Source of the DNA: a virus
Taxonomy: Duplodnaviria > Heunggongvirae > Uroviricota > Caudoviricetes
Reading direction: 5' to 3' (one strand)
IMG/VR virus record: IMGVR_UViG_3300038300_000093
DNA: 15,613 bases
A program made the position numbers and the translations under genes. The notes under the pieces were generated by a model. The model made no database searches and had not been told where the DNA came from. It worked only from the letters and a program-made list of their open reading frames with translations. How positions within the stretch are numbered: position 1 is the stretch's first letter; each line of letters opens with the position of its first letter. Of the stretch, positions 1 to 6,820 are shown piece by piece.

Positions 1-309
1 TTAAAGTGAAAGATATAGCTTTGTATGTTGCTCAAATGTTTTTTTCAACATGTCAGCGTATAAGCCTTTAAACTCTTTAGTGACTTTATACTCATACTTT
101 CTTATCTTTCCAAATTCCATATCATATAAATCCATAGCGTTTAATTTGATCTTTACAATTACGCCTCTTGGAAGCTTGAACGTAATAAAGTACTTTTCAC
201 TGTCTTGAGCGAAGTTTTTAGCTCCTGTCATCATTGCGAGCTTTCTAGCTCCGTTAGATGACTGAGTGAGTTGGTTAAGTACTTCGTTGGCTGAGAATGA
301 TGATGTCAT
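1..309 (-). CDS. Hypothetical protein, 102 aa; resembles a widespread phage/MGE family with QL..MTGAKNF...D.Y.MEF motifs (recalled, not searched)
   Basis: ORF track; AAAGGACA RBS at 315-322; own promoter unit 1; TAA at 1-3. Confidence 0.9.
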   Translation of the reverse strand: MTSSFSANEVLNQLTQSSNGARKLAMMTGAKNFAQDSEKYFITFKLPRGVIVKIKLNAMDLYDMEFGKIRKYEYKVTKEFKGLYADMLKKTFEQHTKLYLSL

Positions 310-361
310 GATTTTGTCCTTTCTTTTTTTGTAAGCTTGCTTAGTGCTTCTTACTAAAATT

Positions 362-389
362 AATATAGTCGCTTAACTTAATAATGATA
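362..389 (-). promoter_or_regulatory. Unit 1 promoter (variant -35)
   Basis: TATCAT-16-TATATT. Confidence 0.55.
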
Positions 390-430
390 GCCCTACTTTA
401 AAAATAATGTAACATTTCTCTACAGGCAAT

Positions 431-472
431 AAAAAAGCCCCTCAATAATGATTAATTATCTGTTGGGGCTTT
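431..472 (-). terminator. Intrinsic terminator
   Basis: AAAGCCCC 434-441 / GGGGCTTT 465-472 with inner ATAAT/ATTAT pairing, followed by TTTTTTATT on minus. Confidence 0.85.
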
Positions 473-592
473 AGCAGACTGGTTTATTCTCTTATCGCTA
501 CTAGAGGTAGGGCTTTTGGCAACATCTCATTCACTGGCTTATCAAATATAGTAGCTCCCTTAGGCTTTCAAAGATCAAAGCGTTTCCTGCAT
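431..592 (-). ncRNA. Candidate ~160-nt structured small RNA
   Basis: Promoter unit 2 upstream, terminator downstream, no RBS-led ORF; helices 549-555/497-503 and 564-568/577-581. Confidence 0.45.
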
Positions 593-598
593 GACTCT

Positions 599-626
599 AT
601 AATACTGGTTTAATTGGATTATTCAA
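599..626 (-). promoter_or_regulatory. Unit 2 promoter
   Basis: TTGAAT-16-TATTAT. Confidence 0.7.
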
Positions 627-629
627 GCC

Positions 630-728
630 CTATTTATAATTATTTATTACTTTTATCAAATCTTTTTCAAGTTGTCTAAATTCTTTACTATGATTATAAA
701 AATCAATGTCAGCCTTATGTATTAGCAT
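630..728 (-). CDS. Possible 32-aa peptide MLIHKADIDFYNHSKEFRQLEKDLIKVINNYK
   Basis: Manual translation; ATG overlaps the upstream stop (ATGCTAA); TAG falls inside repeat unit 2; weak RBS. Confidence 0.4.
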   Translation of the reverse strand: MLIHKADIDFYNHSKEFRQLEKDLIKVINNYK

Positions 729-862
729 TTCTTTCTAAAGTAGCTTTTTACATTGGCAATGATTTCTTTTCTTTCAGCTTTTGGAGCTATAAGAAAACCG
801 ACTGCAGAGACTATTGCGAAAAATCCGATAAAAACTAGAGTGAAGAAAATTGAGTCGTTCAT
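722..862 (-). CDS. 46-aa single-pass membrane peptide MNDSIFFTLVFIGFFAIVSAVGFLIAPKAERKEIIANVKSYFRKKC
   Basis: Manual translation (below the ORF track cutoff); AAAGGACA RBS at 868-875; hydrophobic residues 5-26 then a basic tail. Confidence 0.8.
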   Translation of the reverse strand: MNDSIFFTLVFIGFFAIVSAVGFLIAPKAERKEIIANVKSYFRKKC

Positions 863-916
863 GATGATGTCCTTTCTAAGTTTTGTAAGCCTGCTTAGTG
901 CTTCTTACTATTCTTT

Positions 917-944
917 ACTATATAGGCTTGAGTTGTTAATTCAA
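917..944 (-). promoter_or_regulatory. Unit 3 promoter
   Basis: TTGAAT-16-TATAGT. Confidence 0.8.
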
Positions 945-962
945 GCCCTGTTTTAAATTAAA

Positions 963-1187
963 TTAAAATTTCTTTTTGCTGTATATCATTAAGTTCAAGT
1001 ATTCACGTTCAAGCTGTTCTTTCTTCTTTCTCCACTCTTGCGCTGTCTTAGAGCTGTGATTAAAGCCCTCTCTATCTCCTGCCTGACTACAGTGACTTGC
1101 ATCAAGCGCATAGTCAAAAGACTTTTCATCAGCTTGTAGTATTAAGATTTCGAGTTCTTCTTTAGTGTTGAAAATTGAGATGGCCAT
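963..1187 (-). CDS. Hypothetical protein, 74 aa
   Basis: ORF track; AAGGACA RBS 1195-1201; unit 4. Confidence 0.85.
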   Translation of the reverse strand: MAISIFNTKEELEILILQADEKSFDYALDASHCSQAGDREGFNHSSKTAQEWRKKKEQLEREYLNLMIYSKKKF

Positions 1188-1240
1188 GTTACTTTGTCCT
1201 TGTTTTTTTGTAAGCCTGCTTAGTGCTTCTTACTAATCTT

Positions 1241-1268
1241 AATATAGTAGCTCAACTTCATAATGATA
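1241..1268 (-). promoter_or_regulatory. Unit 4 promoter (variant -35)
   Basis: TATCAT-16-TATATT. Confidence 0.55.
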
Positions 1269-1359
1269 GCCCTACTTTAAAAATAATGTAACATTTCTTA
1301 TGATTTATGTATCCTAATCATTGCGATTAGAAACACTATTGTTATAAATGCCAGTTCTT

Positions 1360-1560
1360 TCACTTTTGCATGAGACTTATTAAAAGATCATTCTTCTTTG
1401 TGACTTCTTTTGTTATGTGCTTTTGCAATATGTCCGGCTTGATATATCCAGAGCTCTCACAGTTCGCATTTATGAACTTAGTTGCAACTTTCAAATCTAA
1501 GCCAAGATCATAACATCGCTTTGCTGCTTGATAGTTGCTTATATGAATTTCTGTCTTCAT
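1360..1560 (-). CDS. Hypothetical protein, 66 aa
   Basis: ORF track; RBS 1566-1571; unit 5. Confidence 0.85.
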   Translation of the reverse strand: MKTEIHISNYQAAKRCYDLGLDLKVATKFINANCESSGYIKPDILQKHITKEVTKKNDLLISLMQK

Positions 1561-1591
1561 GACTTTGTCCTTTCTAATTTTAACTTACTTA

Positions 1592-1619
1592 ACTATATCA
1601 TCGTTTAGGGCTCTTTCAA
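1592..1619 (-). promoter_or_regulatory. Unit 5 promoter
   Basis: TTGAAA-16-TATAGT. Confidence 0.8.
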
Positions 1620-1632
1620 GCCCTACTTTGAA

Positions 1633-2028
1633 TTAAATGCAAAATCTATCAATATGAATTTCTTTTGTTATTCTGTCAGCCATTCTCAAGCCTCTTGCTT
1701 TATTGATATGGCCTGTATACATGTCAGACTCTTTTAGAGCTGTCAGAACTGGCAAAGGGCATAATACGATATCAATGTCGTTATCTTTCTGGGCAACGCT
1801 TAGAGCGTCCAATACAGCTTCATTCATGTTAAATTGAATCCTTATGTCAGTCCAAGATGTAGTACTTCTCTTGATCTCTTTTTCTTCCACTTCCAACATT
1901 AAAGCTTTACAGCGATCAACCGAGCAAGGCTTAAGCTCAGTTCCATCGACAAACTTGAAAGGATGGTTAGAACTGAAATTTGCAACTCTGAGGCCGTTGC
2001 TTAATGTTGCTGTAGTGTACTGATCCAT
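1633..2028 (-). CDS. Hypothetical protein, 131 aa (NFSS.HPF.F.DG motif, phage-type)
   Basis: ORF track; RBS 2034-2039; unit 6. Confidence 0.9.
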   Translation of the reverse strand: MDQYTTATLSNGLRVANFSSNHPFKFVDGTELKPCSVDRCKALMLEVEEKEIKRSTTSWTDIRIQFNMNEAVLDALSVAQKDNDIDIVLCPLPVLTALKESDMYTGHINKARGLRMADRITKEIHIDRFCI

Positions 2029-2080
2029 GATGATGTCCTTTTATTTTGTAAGCTTGCTTGATTGCTTCTTACTATTCTTT

Positions 2081-2108
2081 ACTATAGCGGTGCTTTGGGC
2101 TTTTGCAA
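2081..2108 (-). promoter_or_regulatory. Unit 6 promoter
   Basis: TTGCAA-16-TATAGT. Confidence 0.8.
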
Positions 2109-2123
2109 GCCCTTCTTTAAAGA

Positions 2124-2330
2124 TTATACTGTTTGGTTTATGCTACATTTATCTCTTGGAATGAAAACTTGTACATAAGGATAAACAGTATCGCTTACTT
2201 CTTTCTTAATCCTTATATCGAATCCATTGCTGTAAGAGTAAAGAACTTCATGCTGTGAGCCCTTAGGGCACATTGTAGGATGGTTTGGGTGAGTCACTGC
2301 CATTGTGATTGTGGTTTTTACTTCGCTCAT
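2124..2330 (-). CDS. Hypothetical protein, 68 aa
   Basis: ORF track; RBS 2336-2341; unit 7. Confidence 0.85.
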   Translation of the reverse strand: MSEVKTTITMAVTHPNHPTMCPKGSQHEVLYSYSNGFDIRIKKEVSDTVYPYVQVFIPRDKCSINQTV

Positions 2331-2383
2331 GATATTGTCCTTTCTAAGTTTTGTAAGCTTGCTTAGTGCTTCTTACTAATCTT

Positions 2384-2411
2384 AATATAGTAGCTCAAAC
2401 GAATAGTTCAA
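2384..2411 (-). promoter_or_regulatory. Unit 7 promoter
   Basis: TTGAAC-16-TATATT. Confidence 0.8.
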
Positions 2412-2440
2412 GCCCTACTTTAAAATTCTTTTGATTATTT

Positions 2441-2602
2441 TCACTTATCCTCTGAGATTGTTTTAAATCTTACTAAAAACAATAAGTTTGATTTGATCAA
2501 ATGATCATTGTGTTCAGTCTCAGAGATGGCTGTAGCGACTCTCATTGTTTTCTTGACAATCTTACCGCTGTTTTTGATTAGTGAGCTTAGAGATTTTTTC
2601 AT
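2441..2602 (-). CDS. 53-aa basic hypothetical protein MKKSLSSLIKNSGKIVKK...
   Basis: Manual translation; RBS 2605-2610 unusually close to ATG; unit 8. Confidence 0.65.
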   Translation of the reverse strand: MKKSLSSLIKNSGKIVKKTMRVATAISETEHNDHLIKSNLLFLVRFKTISEDK

Positions 2603-2640
2603 GATGTCCTTTGCATTGAGTTATCTTTCTTACTAAGATT

Positions 2641-2668
2641 ACTATAAGGGCTTAACCGTTAAAGTCAA
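2641..2668 (-). promoter_or_regulatory. Unit 8 promoter
   Basis: TTGACT-16-TATAGT. Confidence 0.8.
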
Positions 2669-2684
2669 GCCCTGTTTTGAAAGT

Positions 2685-2855
2685 TTAGTAAGTATATCCT
2701 AAGATATCCATTGATTCCTCAAGAGTTTGATTACTCTTTGCTCTTGGAGAGTTAAAGAGGCTATCATGTAATTCCTGCTCTTCAGGAGTCATTTCAAATA
2801 GTTCTGCGAATTGCGGGGAGTTTAAAATTTCTTCTAATTTTTGATTGCTGTTCAT
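2685..2855 (-). CDS. 56-aa acidic hypothetical protein MNSNQKLEEILNSPQFAELFEMTPEEQEL...
   Basis: Manual translation; RBS 2861-2866; unit 9. Confidence 0.8.
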   Translation of the reverse strand: MNSNQKLEEILNSPQFAELFEMTPEEQELHDSLFNSPRAKSNQTLEESMDILGYTY

Positions 2856-2911
2856 GATGATGTCCTTTTCTTTCTGTTTTGTAAGCTTGCTTAGTGCTTC
2901 TTACTAATCTT

Positions 2912-2939
2912 AATATAGTCGCACTAAGGAATGTTGCAA
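2912..2939 (-). promoter_or_regulatory. Unit 9 promoter
   Basis: TTGCAA-16-TATATT. Confidence 0.8.
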
Positions 2940-2952
2940 GCCCTGTTTTAAA

Positions 2953-3126
2953 CTATTTTAACATTTTTTTAGATATTAGTCCCATGATCCAATCTTTTTC
3001 CTCTTTGTTATATTCGCTGCTCTCATCAACGTCAACATAGTAACAGTATAAAGCATCATTTGATTGACTTTCTATATACTCTAATACTCTTTTCCTATAT
3101 TCTTCATTCTCTAAATAACGATTCAT
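2953..3126 (-). CDS. 57-aa hypothetical protein MNRYLENEEYRKRVLEYIESQ...
   Basis: Manual translation; variant RBS AAGGGCA 3134-3140; degenerate unit 10. Confidence 0.75.
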   Translation of the reverse strand: MNRYLENEEYRKRVLEYIESQSNDALYCYYVDVDESSEYNKEEKDWIMGLISKKMLK

Positions 3127-3175
3127 AACACTTTGCCCTTGTATTTGTTATCTACAATTAAAGAACAAAAATTGA

Positions 3176-3208
3176 AATATTATTAGGGCTTAATTAAGTT
3201 TAAGCCCT
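3176..3208 (-). promoter_or_regulatory. Unit 10, degenerate (palindrome kept, boxes decayed)
   Basis: AGGGCTTAA 3185-3193 / TTAAGCCCT 3200-3208; -35 TTAAAC. Confidence 0.4.
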
Positions 3209-3218
3209 TTTAAGCCGT

Positions 3219-3614
3219 CTAGCTCGCTTTCTTTTCCTCTTTCCACTCATCGAGTTGATCAGCTCTCTCGGATGCCTTCTTTGCCCATGTATACGATCCA
3301 CAGCCATAAGAGTTGTATTCTCTTTCTCTCCTTCTTTGTTCCTGCTCATACTCTTGAACTGTAACAAGTTCCCAGTCAACACAATATTCTTCACTATAGT
3401 CATCTTTATAACTAATAGAGTTAATTACACTTTGTGCAAAATCCTCAATGCCGTCTTGAGCTTCATCTAAAGAAAGTTCACGGCTTATGTAGTCGAAGCC
3501 TCCTTTGAATTTCCAGTACTGCGGGCATTCGCCTTTCCCGTCCCATGAGTGAGCGCCATAGTTTTCTTTGTACTGCATGGTGATGAATATTAAAAATGTG
3601 CTTGACTTACTCAT
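3219..3614 (-). CDS. Hypothetical protein, 131 aa; motif ENYGAHxWDGxGECPQYWKFKGG recalled from T4-like/large phage hypotheticals
   Basis: ORF track frame; start moved from 3665 to 3614 using RBS 3620-3625. Confidence 0.9.
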   Translation of the reverse strand: MSKSSTFLIFITMQYKENYGAHSWDGKGECPQYWKFKGGFDYISRELSLDEAQDGIEDFAQSVINSISYKDDYSEEYCVDWELVTVQEYEQEQRRREREYNSYGCGSYTWAKKASERADQLDEWKEEKKAS

Positions 3615-3663
3615 GATGATGTCCTTTTCTTTTTTAAGTTGCTTAGTGCTTCTTACTGATATC

Positions 3664-3691
3664 AATATAAGGGCTTAACCGTTAAAGTCAA
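3664..3691 (-). promoter_or_regulatory. Unit 11 promoter
   Basis: TTGACT-16-TATATT. Confidence 0.8.
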
Positions 3692-3704
3692 GCCCTGTTT
3701 TAAA

Positions 3705-3848
3705 TTACTTTCCCCACTTTATTACAAAAAAGTTTTCATTGCTCGCATTTGCCAAAAACAGAGTTACCATTGTATCAATATAAAACAAATCTCTTGACAT
3801 TCTAAATTCTTCATCTCTTGTTACTAGATCTATTAAGTTGCTGTTCAT
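3705..3848 (-). CDS. 47-aa hypothetical protein MNSNLIDLVTRDEEFRMSRDLFYIDTMVTLFLANASNENFFVIKWGK
   Basis: Manual translation; RBS 3854-3859; unit 12. Confidence 0.75.
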   Translation of the reverse strand: MNSNLIDLVTRDEEFRMSRDLFYIDTMVTLFLANASNENFFVIKWGK

Positions 3849-3904
3849 GATGATGTCCTTTTCTTTCTGTTTTGTAAGCTTGCTTAGTGCTTCTTACTAA
3901 TCTT

Positions 3905-3932
3905 ACTATAGTGGTACTTTGGGCTTTTGCAA
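3905..3932 (-). promoter_or_regulatory. Unit 12 promoter
   Basis: TTGCAA-16-TATAGT. Confidence 0.8.
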
Positions 3933-3947
3933 GCCCTATTTTGAAAT

Positions 3948-4430
3948 TTATTTTAATTGATTGAATATTTCTAATGCTTTTTTGTATTCATCCTCAGTGC
4001 CTCTTGGAATATCAAAAGCTACAAAGATAAAAGAGTCATCGCTGTCGTTTGGCTTTAAGCGGTGGCTTATGTCTGATCTTAGTAAAACTACTTCACCAGT
4101 ATTAACGACAATTTTATCATCCTCAGTTTCTATTATCCTGCCTTCTGACTTTATTATTACCATTACTGAGTAGCTGAATGTATCAACGTGCCAATTACTC
4201 TCTTGGCAGAATGTAACTCTATGGTAAAAATAATCCATTGCCTCGCTACTCATGAAGCTCTCTAGCTTCTCGTATATTTCTTCTACAATTTCAAATCCTT
4301 CGATAAAGTCATCGTTAGACGTTATTACATTTCCCGTCCTAGTCTCATAGTTGTCACTTATTCTTTCTGACCATGAAGATAAAAGCTCAAGTGAAAGTGA
4401 TCCTATATTTGATGATTGAATTTCTGTCAT
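3948..4430 (-). CDS. Cupin / 2OG-Fe(II)-oxygenase-like double-stranded beta-helix protein, 160 aa
   Basis: WHVD...GEVVLLRSDISHRLKP fits an HxD...H metal triad; RBS 4437-4442; unit 13. Confidence 0.65.
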   Translation of the reverse strand: MTEIQSSNIGSLSLELLSSWSERISDNYETRTGNVITSNDDFIEGFEIVEEIYEKLESFMSSEAMDYFYHRVTFCQESNWHVDTFSYSVMVIIKSEGRIIETEDDKIVVNTGEVVLLRSDISHRLKPNDSDDSFIFVAFDIPRGTEDEYKKALEIFNQLK

Positions 4431-4468
4431 TGTCTTTGTCCTTTTGATTAGTTGTTCTTACTAATCTT

Positions 4469-4496
4469 ACTATAGTGGTGTTTAGGGCTTTTGCAA
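4469..4496 (-). promoter_or_regulatory. Unit 13 promoter
   Basis: TTGCAA-16-TATAGT. Confidence 0.8.
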
Positions 4497-4514
4497 GCCC
4501 TGTTTTAAATTATT

Positions 4515-4667
4515 TTAATTGTTCACCATGAAGTCAAGATCTTCATGAGATATTTCAGAAGGCTCGCACCATCCATAACCATCGGGACGTACTTTTGTTT
4601 CTTTGTACTCTCCCGTAAACCAGTTATAGCAAATGTGAGTCGTGCCGTTATATTTTCTAGTAGCCAT
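4515..4667 (-). CDS. 50-aa hypothetical protein MATRKYNGTTHICYNWFTGEYKETKVRPDGYGWCEP...
   Basis: Manual translation; RBS 4674-4679; unit 14. Confidence 0.8.
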   Translation of the reverse strand: MATRKYNGTTHICYNWFTGEYKETKVRPDGYGWCEPSEISHEDLDFMVNN

Positions 4668-4705
4668 TGTCTTTGTCCTTTTGATTAGTTGTTCTTACTA
4701 ATCTT

Positions 4706-4733
4706 ACTATAGTGGTTGTTTGGGCTTTTGCAA
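4706..4733 (-). promoter_or_regulatory. Unit 14 promoter
   Basis: TTGCAA-16-TATAGT. Confidence 0.8.
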
Positions 4734-4751
4734 GCCCTACTTTGAATTATT

Positions 4752-5183
4752 TTATACTTTTTCTTTTTCTTTTCTTATTTCTTCAAAATATGCTTCACTT
4801 CCTCTTGTGTCTAATACTACTTTTAAATCCTTTTCTTTGATGAAATCGTTTATCATTGAATCAAAATCAGATTGCCATCTATCATCAAAACAAGAATAGC
4901 TTCCTTTCTGAATCGTTACATCTTCTTTAACGATTGTTTTGCTCTCATCATAAATGCCGTTTGGCTCCGGGTTGTTCCAGCCTTCTAAGATCAAAATGTC
5001 AGGACTTCCACCGCATGGCGTGTAAATCTTTCTGTATGATGTTCTCTTGCGTTTTGGAGTGTGGATTACTTCCAAGGCATTAGGATATTGAGCGTACTTT
5101 CTGAAAGTGAAAGACTTAAGCTTTGTTTCAGTTGCAACTATGTTGCCCATAAATTCTGACTTGCTGTAGATTGTTACTTTCAT
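4752..5183 (-). CDS. Hypothetical protein, 143 aa (KYAQY.NA...PKRKR motif)
   Basis: ORF track; RBS 5190-5195; unit 15. Confidence 0.9.
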   Translation of the reverse strand: MKVTIYSKSEFMGNIVATETKLKSFTFRKYAQYPNALEVIHTPKRKRTSYRKIYTPCGGSPDILILEGWNNPEPNGIYDESKTIVKEDVTIQKGSYSCFDDRWQSDFDSMINDFIKEKDLKVVLDTRGSEAYFEEIRKEKEKV

Positions 5184-5224
5184 GATCTTTGTCCTTTTTA
5201 AGTTTAGTTGTTCTTACTAATCTT

Positions 5225-5252
5225 AATATAGTAGCTCAAACGAATAGTTCAA
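5225..5252 (-). promoter_or_regulatory. Unit 15 promoter
   Basis: TTGAAC-16-TATATT. Confidence 0.8.
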
Positions 5253-5265
5253 GCCCTATTTTGAA

Positions 5266-5484
5266 TTATTTTAAATTTTTCTCTTCCCACCAATCACACA
5301 TAGATTTAAACTTATCTCTTCTAATCTGTCTGCCCCGCTTCATGGCTTCGCTTCTTGAGCTTTCCCTATTGTTAACACAGTGAGGAACTCCAGTTCTCCC
5401 ATCTGGTGCTAGAATGTCTATTTCAAAATGTCCCCGTCCAATCCCCTGCTTAGTGACACTTATGTAAAAATCTGATAGTTTCAT
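5266..5484 (-). CDS. Hypothetical protein, 72 aa, translationally coupled to the upstream gene
   Basis: ORF track; ATGA overlap at 5481-5484. Confidence 0.75.
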   Translation of the reverse strand: MKLSDFYISVTKQGIGRGHFEIDILAPDGRTGVPHCVNNRESSRSEAMKRGRQIRRDKFKSMCDWWEEKNLK

Positions 5485-5651
5485 TTTAACAACTCTGCTT
5501 TGTATTCTCTTCCATTCGGATGAAAGAAAGTTACAATTTCATAATTTCCTTTTCTTTCTATTTTTCTTATCTTCGCTGTAAATGTTTCTGTAGATGATTC
5601 TATTACACGCTCTGGAAGATTGTCAAATTCTTTTTTACATAAACGTCTCAT
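5481..5651 (-). CDS. Hypothetical protein, 56 aa (MRRLCKKEFD...)
   Basis: ORF track frame; start moved from 5753 to 5651 using RBS 5658-5663. Confidence 0.8.
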   Translation of the reverse strand: MRRLCKKEFDNLPERVIESSTETFTAKIRKIERKGNYEIVTFFHPNGREYKAELLK

Positions 5652-5673
5652 GATCTTTGTCCTGTTGGTTATT

Positions 5674-5687
5674 GGGGCTTTCGCCCC
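5674..5687 (-). other. GGGGC-GAAA-GCCCC tetraloop hairpin in a promoterless intergenic gap
   Basis: 5-bp all-GC stem with GNRA loop on minus; no U-tract. Confidence 0.6.
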
Positions 5688-5694
5688 TGCCTTT

Positions 5695-5895
5695 CTAGTA
5701 GAATTCAATTCTTTGGTAAGTTTCAAACTCAAAGTCTTCACAGCCTGCATCAATTAAAGCGTCAGACGCTTCATTGTAGTTCATTGAGTTACTTACTACG
5801 AAATCTGATCCCTCTTGCTTTAGATGCTTTGCGTCGGTGAATCCTGCTTTGTGCAGTGCTTTGACTGCTTTCTTGATGTTGCTTGACTTACTCAT
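5695..5895 (-). CDS. Hypothetical protein, 66 aa
   Basis: ORF track; RBS 5902-5907; unit 16. Confidence 0.85.
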   Translation of the reverse strand: MSKSSNIKKAVKALHKAGFTDAKHLKQEGSDFVVSNSMNYNEASDALIDAGCEDFEFETYQRIEFY

Positions 5896-5949
5896 GGTGT
5901 TTGTCCTTTTCTTTTTTTGTAAGCTTGCTTAGTGCTTCTTACTAAAATT

Positions 5950-5977
5950 AATATAGTGGTGCTTTGGGCTTTTGCAA
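5950..5977 (-). promoter_or_regulatory. Unit 16 promoter (drives a 3-gene operon)
   Basis: TTGCAA-16-TATATT. Confidence 0.8.
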
Positions 5978-5993
5978 GCCCTGTTTTAAAAGT

Positions 5994-6176
5994 TTATTTA
6001 ACAATCTCAAAATGTATATCTTCAATTAAAAGATCTGTTCCGCCTTTCTCTCCCCATCCTTTCAATCCTGCTCTACTTCTTATAGAAGCGTTGAAAGCGC
6101 TCTTCTTCCCTTCTGATGTCGTTCCTCTGTAGTCTTTGTGGATTGACTGAAATTGTTTGTTTGTTAGCTGTATCAT
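5994..6176 (-). CDS. Hypothetical protein, 60 aa (IHKDYRG...GT.LL.E..HFEI motif)
   Basis: ORF track; RBS 6183-6188; unit 17. Confidence 0.85.
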   Translation of the reverse strand: MIQLTNKQFQSIHKDYRGTTSEGKKSAFNASIRSRAGLKGWGEKGGTDLLIEDIHFEIVK

Positions 6177-6222
6177 GATCTTTGTCCTTTTTAAGTTTAG
6201 TGTTGTCTTTCTTACTAATCTT

Positions 6223-6250
6223 AATATAGTAGCTCAATCTAATAGTTCAA
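6223..6250 (-). promoter_or_regulatory. Unit 17 promoter
   Basis: TTGAAC-16-TATATT. Confidence 0.8.
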
Positions 6251-6263
6251 GCCCTATTTAAAA

Positions 6264-6461
6264 TTATCTTCTTCCTTTCTTTCTGAGTTTCTTTTTTGCT
6301 GATTTGCTTAACTGCTTTGGCTTTGTTGCTCTGTTACTTACTTGCCTTGTGAGTCCTAAAGACTTTATACGTCCTTTTCTTTTACTATCTTTAAACTTGC
6401 ATTCGTTGTCAGTTCTGCCACAATCGCAGAGCTCGCAATCTGTCCCGCATTTCCTATTCAT
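6264..6461 (-). CDS. 65-aa Cys-rich, highly basic protein (putative Zn and nucleic-acid binding)
   Basis: Start moved from 6512 to 6461 using AAAGGACT 6469-6476; five Cys then a K/R-rich tail. Confidence 0.8.
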   Translation of the reverse strand: MNRKCGTDCELCDCGRTDNECKFKDSKRKGRIKSLGLTRQVSNRATKPKQLSKSAKKKLRKKGRR

Positions 6462-6497
6462 TTTATTTAGTCCTTTAGTTTGTTTCTTACTAAGCTT

Positions 6498-6525
6498 ACT
6501 ATAAGGGCTCAACCGGATAAGTCAA
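6498..6525 (-). promoter_or_regulatory. Unit 18 promoter
   Basis: TTGACT-16-TATAGT. Confidence 0.8.
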
Positions 6526-6541
6526 GCCCTGTTTAAAATTA

Positions 6542-6820
6542 TTATTTTCCTAGAAATGCAACATTTTCGCCAGTGAATACTTTATTAACCTTTTGCCATA
6601 GCCAGAAATGCAATTCATGATTTCCGCTTTCTATTTCATCAGCCTTTTTTAAATCCTCTTTAAGATTCAAATCTTTTGCCTCTTCCGTCACGTGAGAGGC
6701 GTAGTTATCTTCTTTGCGGATTGCCTTGGCAAGCTCTCTTTCTTCTTGCGCGACTATCTTAAATGCTGCGTTAAGCTCTTCCTGAGTCTTTTGCTGTCCT
6801 TCACTTGTAATGAATTTCAT
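6542..6820 (-). CDS. Hypothetical protein, 92 aa
   Basis: ORF track; RBS 6828-6833; unit 19. Confidence 0.9.
   Translation of the reverse strand: MKFITSEGQQKTQEELNAAFKIVAQEERELAKAIRKEDNYASHVTEEAKDLNLKEDLKKADEIESGNHELHFWLWQKVNKVFTGENVAFLGK

Noticed and set aside
1314-1330. CTAATC/GATTAG inverted repeat downstream of gene 1360-1560
   Set aside because: 6-bp AT-rich stem without a U-tract; too weak to call a terminator.
3200-3403. Alternative-frame minus ORF ending MSGKRKRKRARRLKRA
   Set aside because: Overlaps the better-supported gene 3219-3614 and has no RBS. The same applies to 7802-7987.
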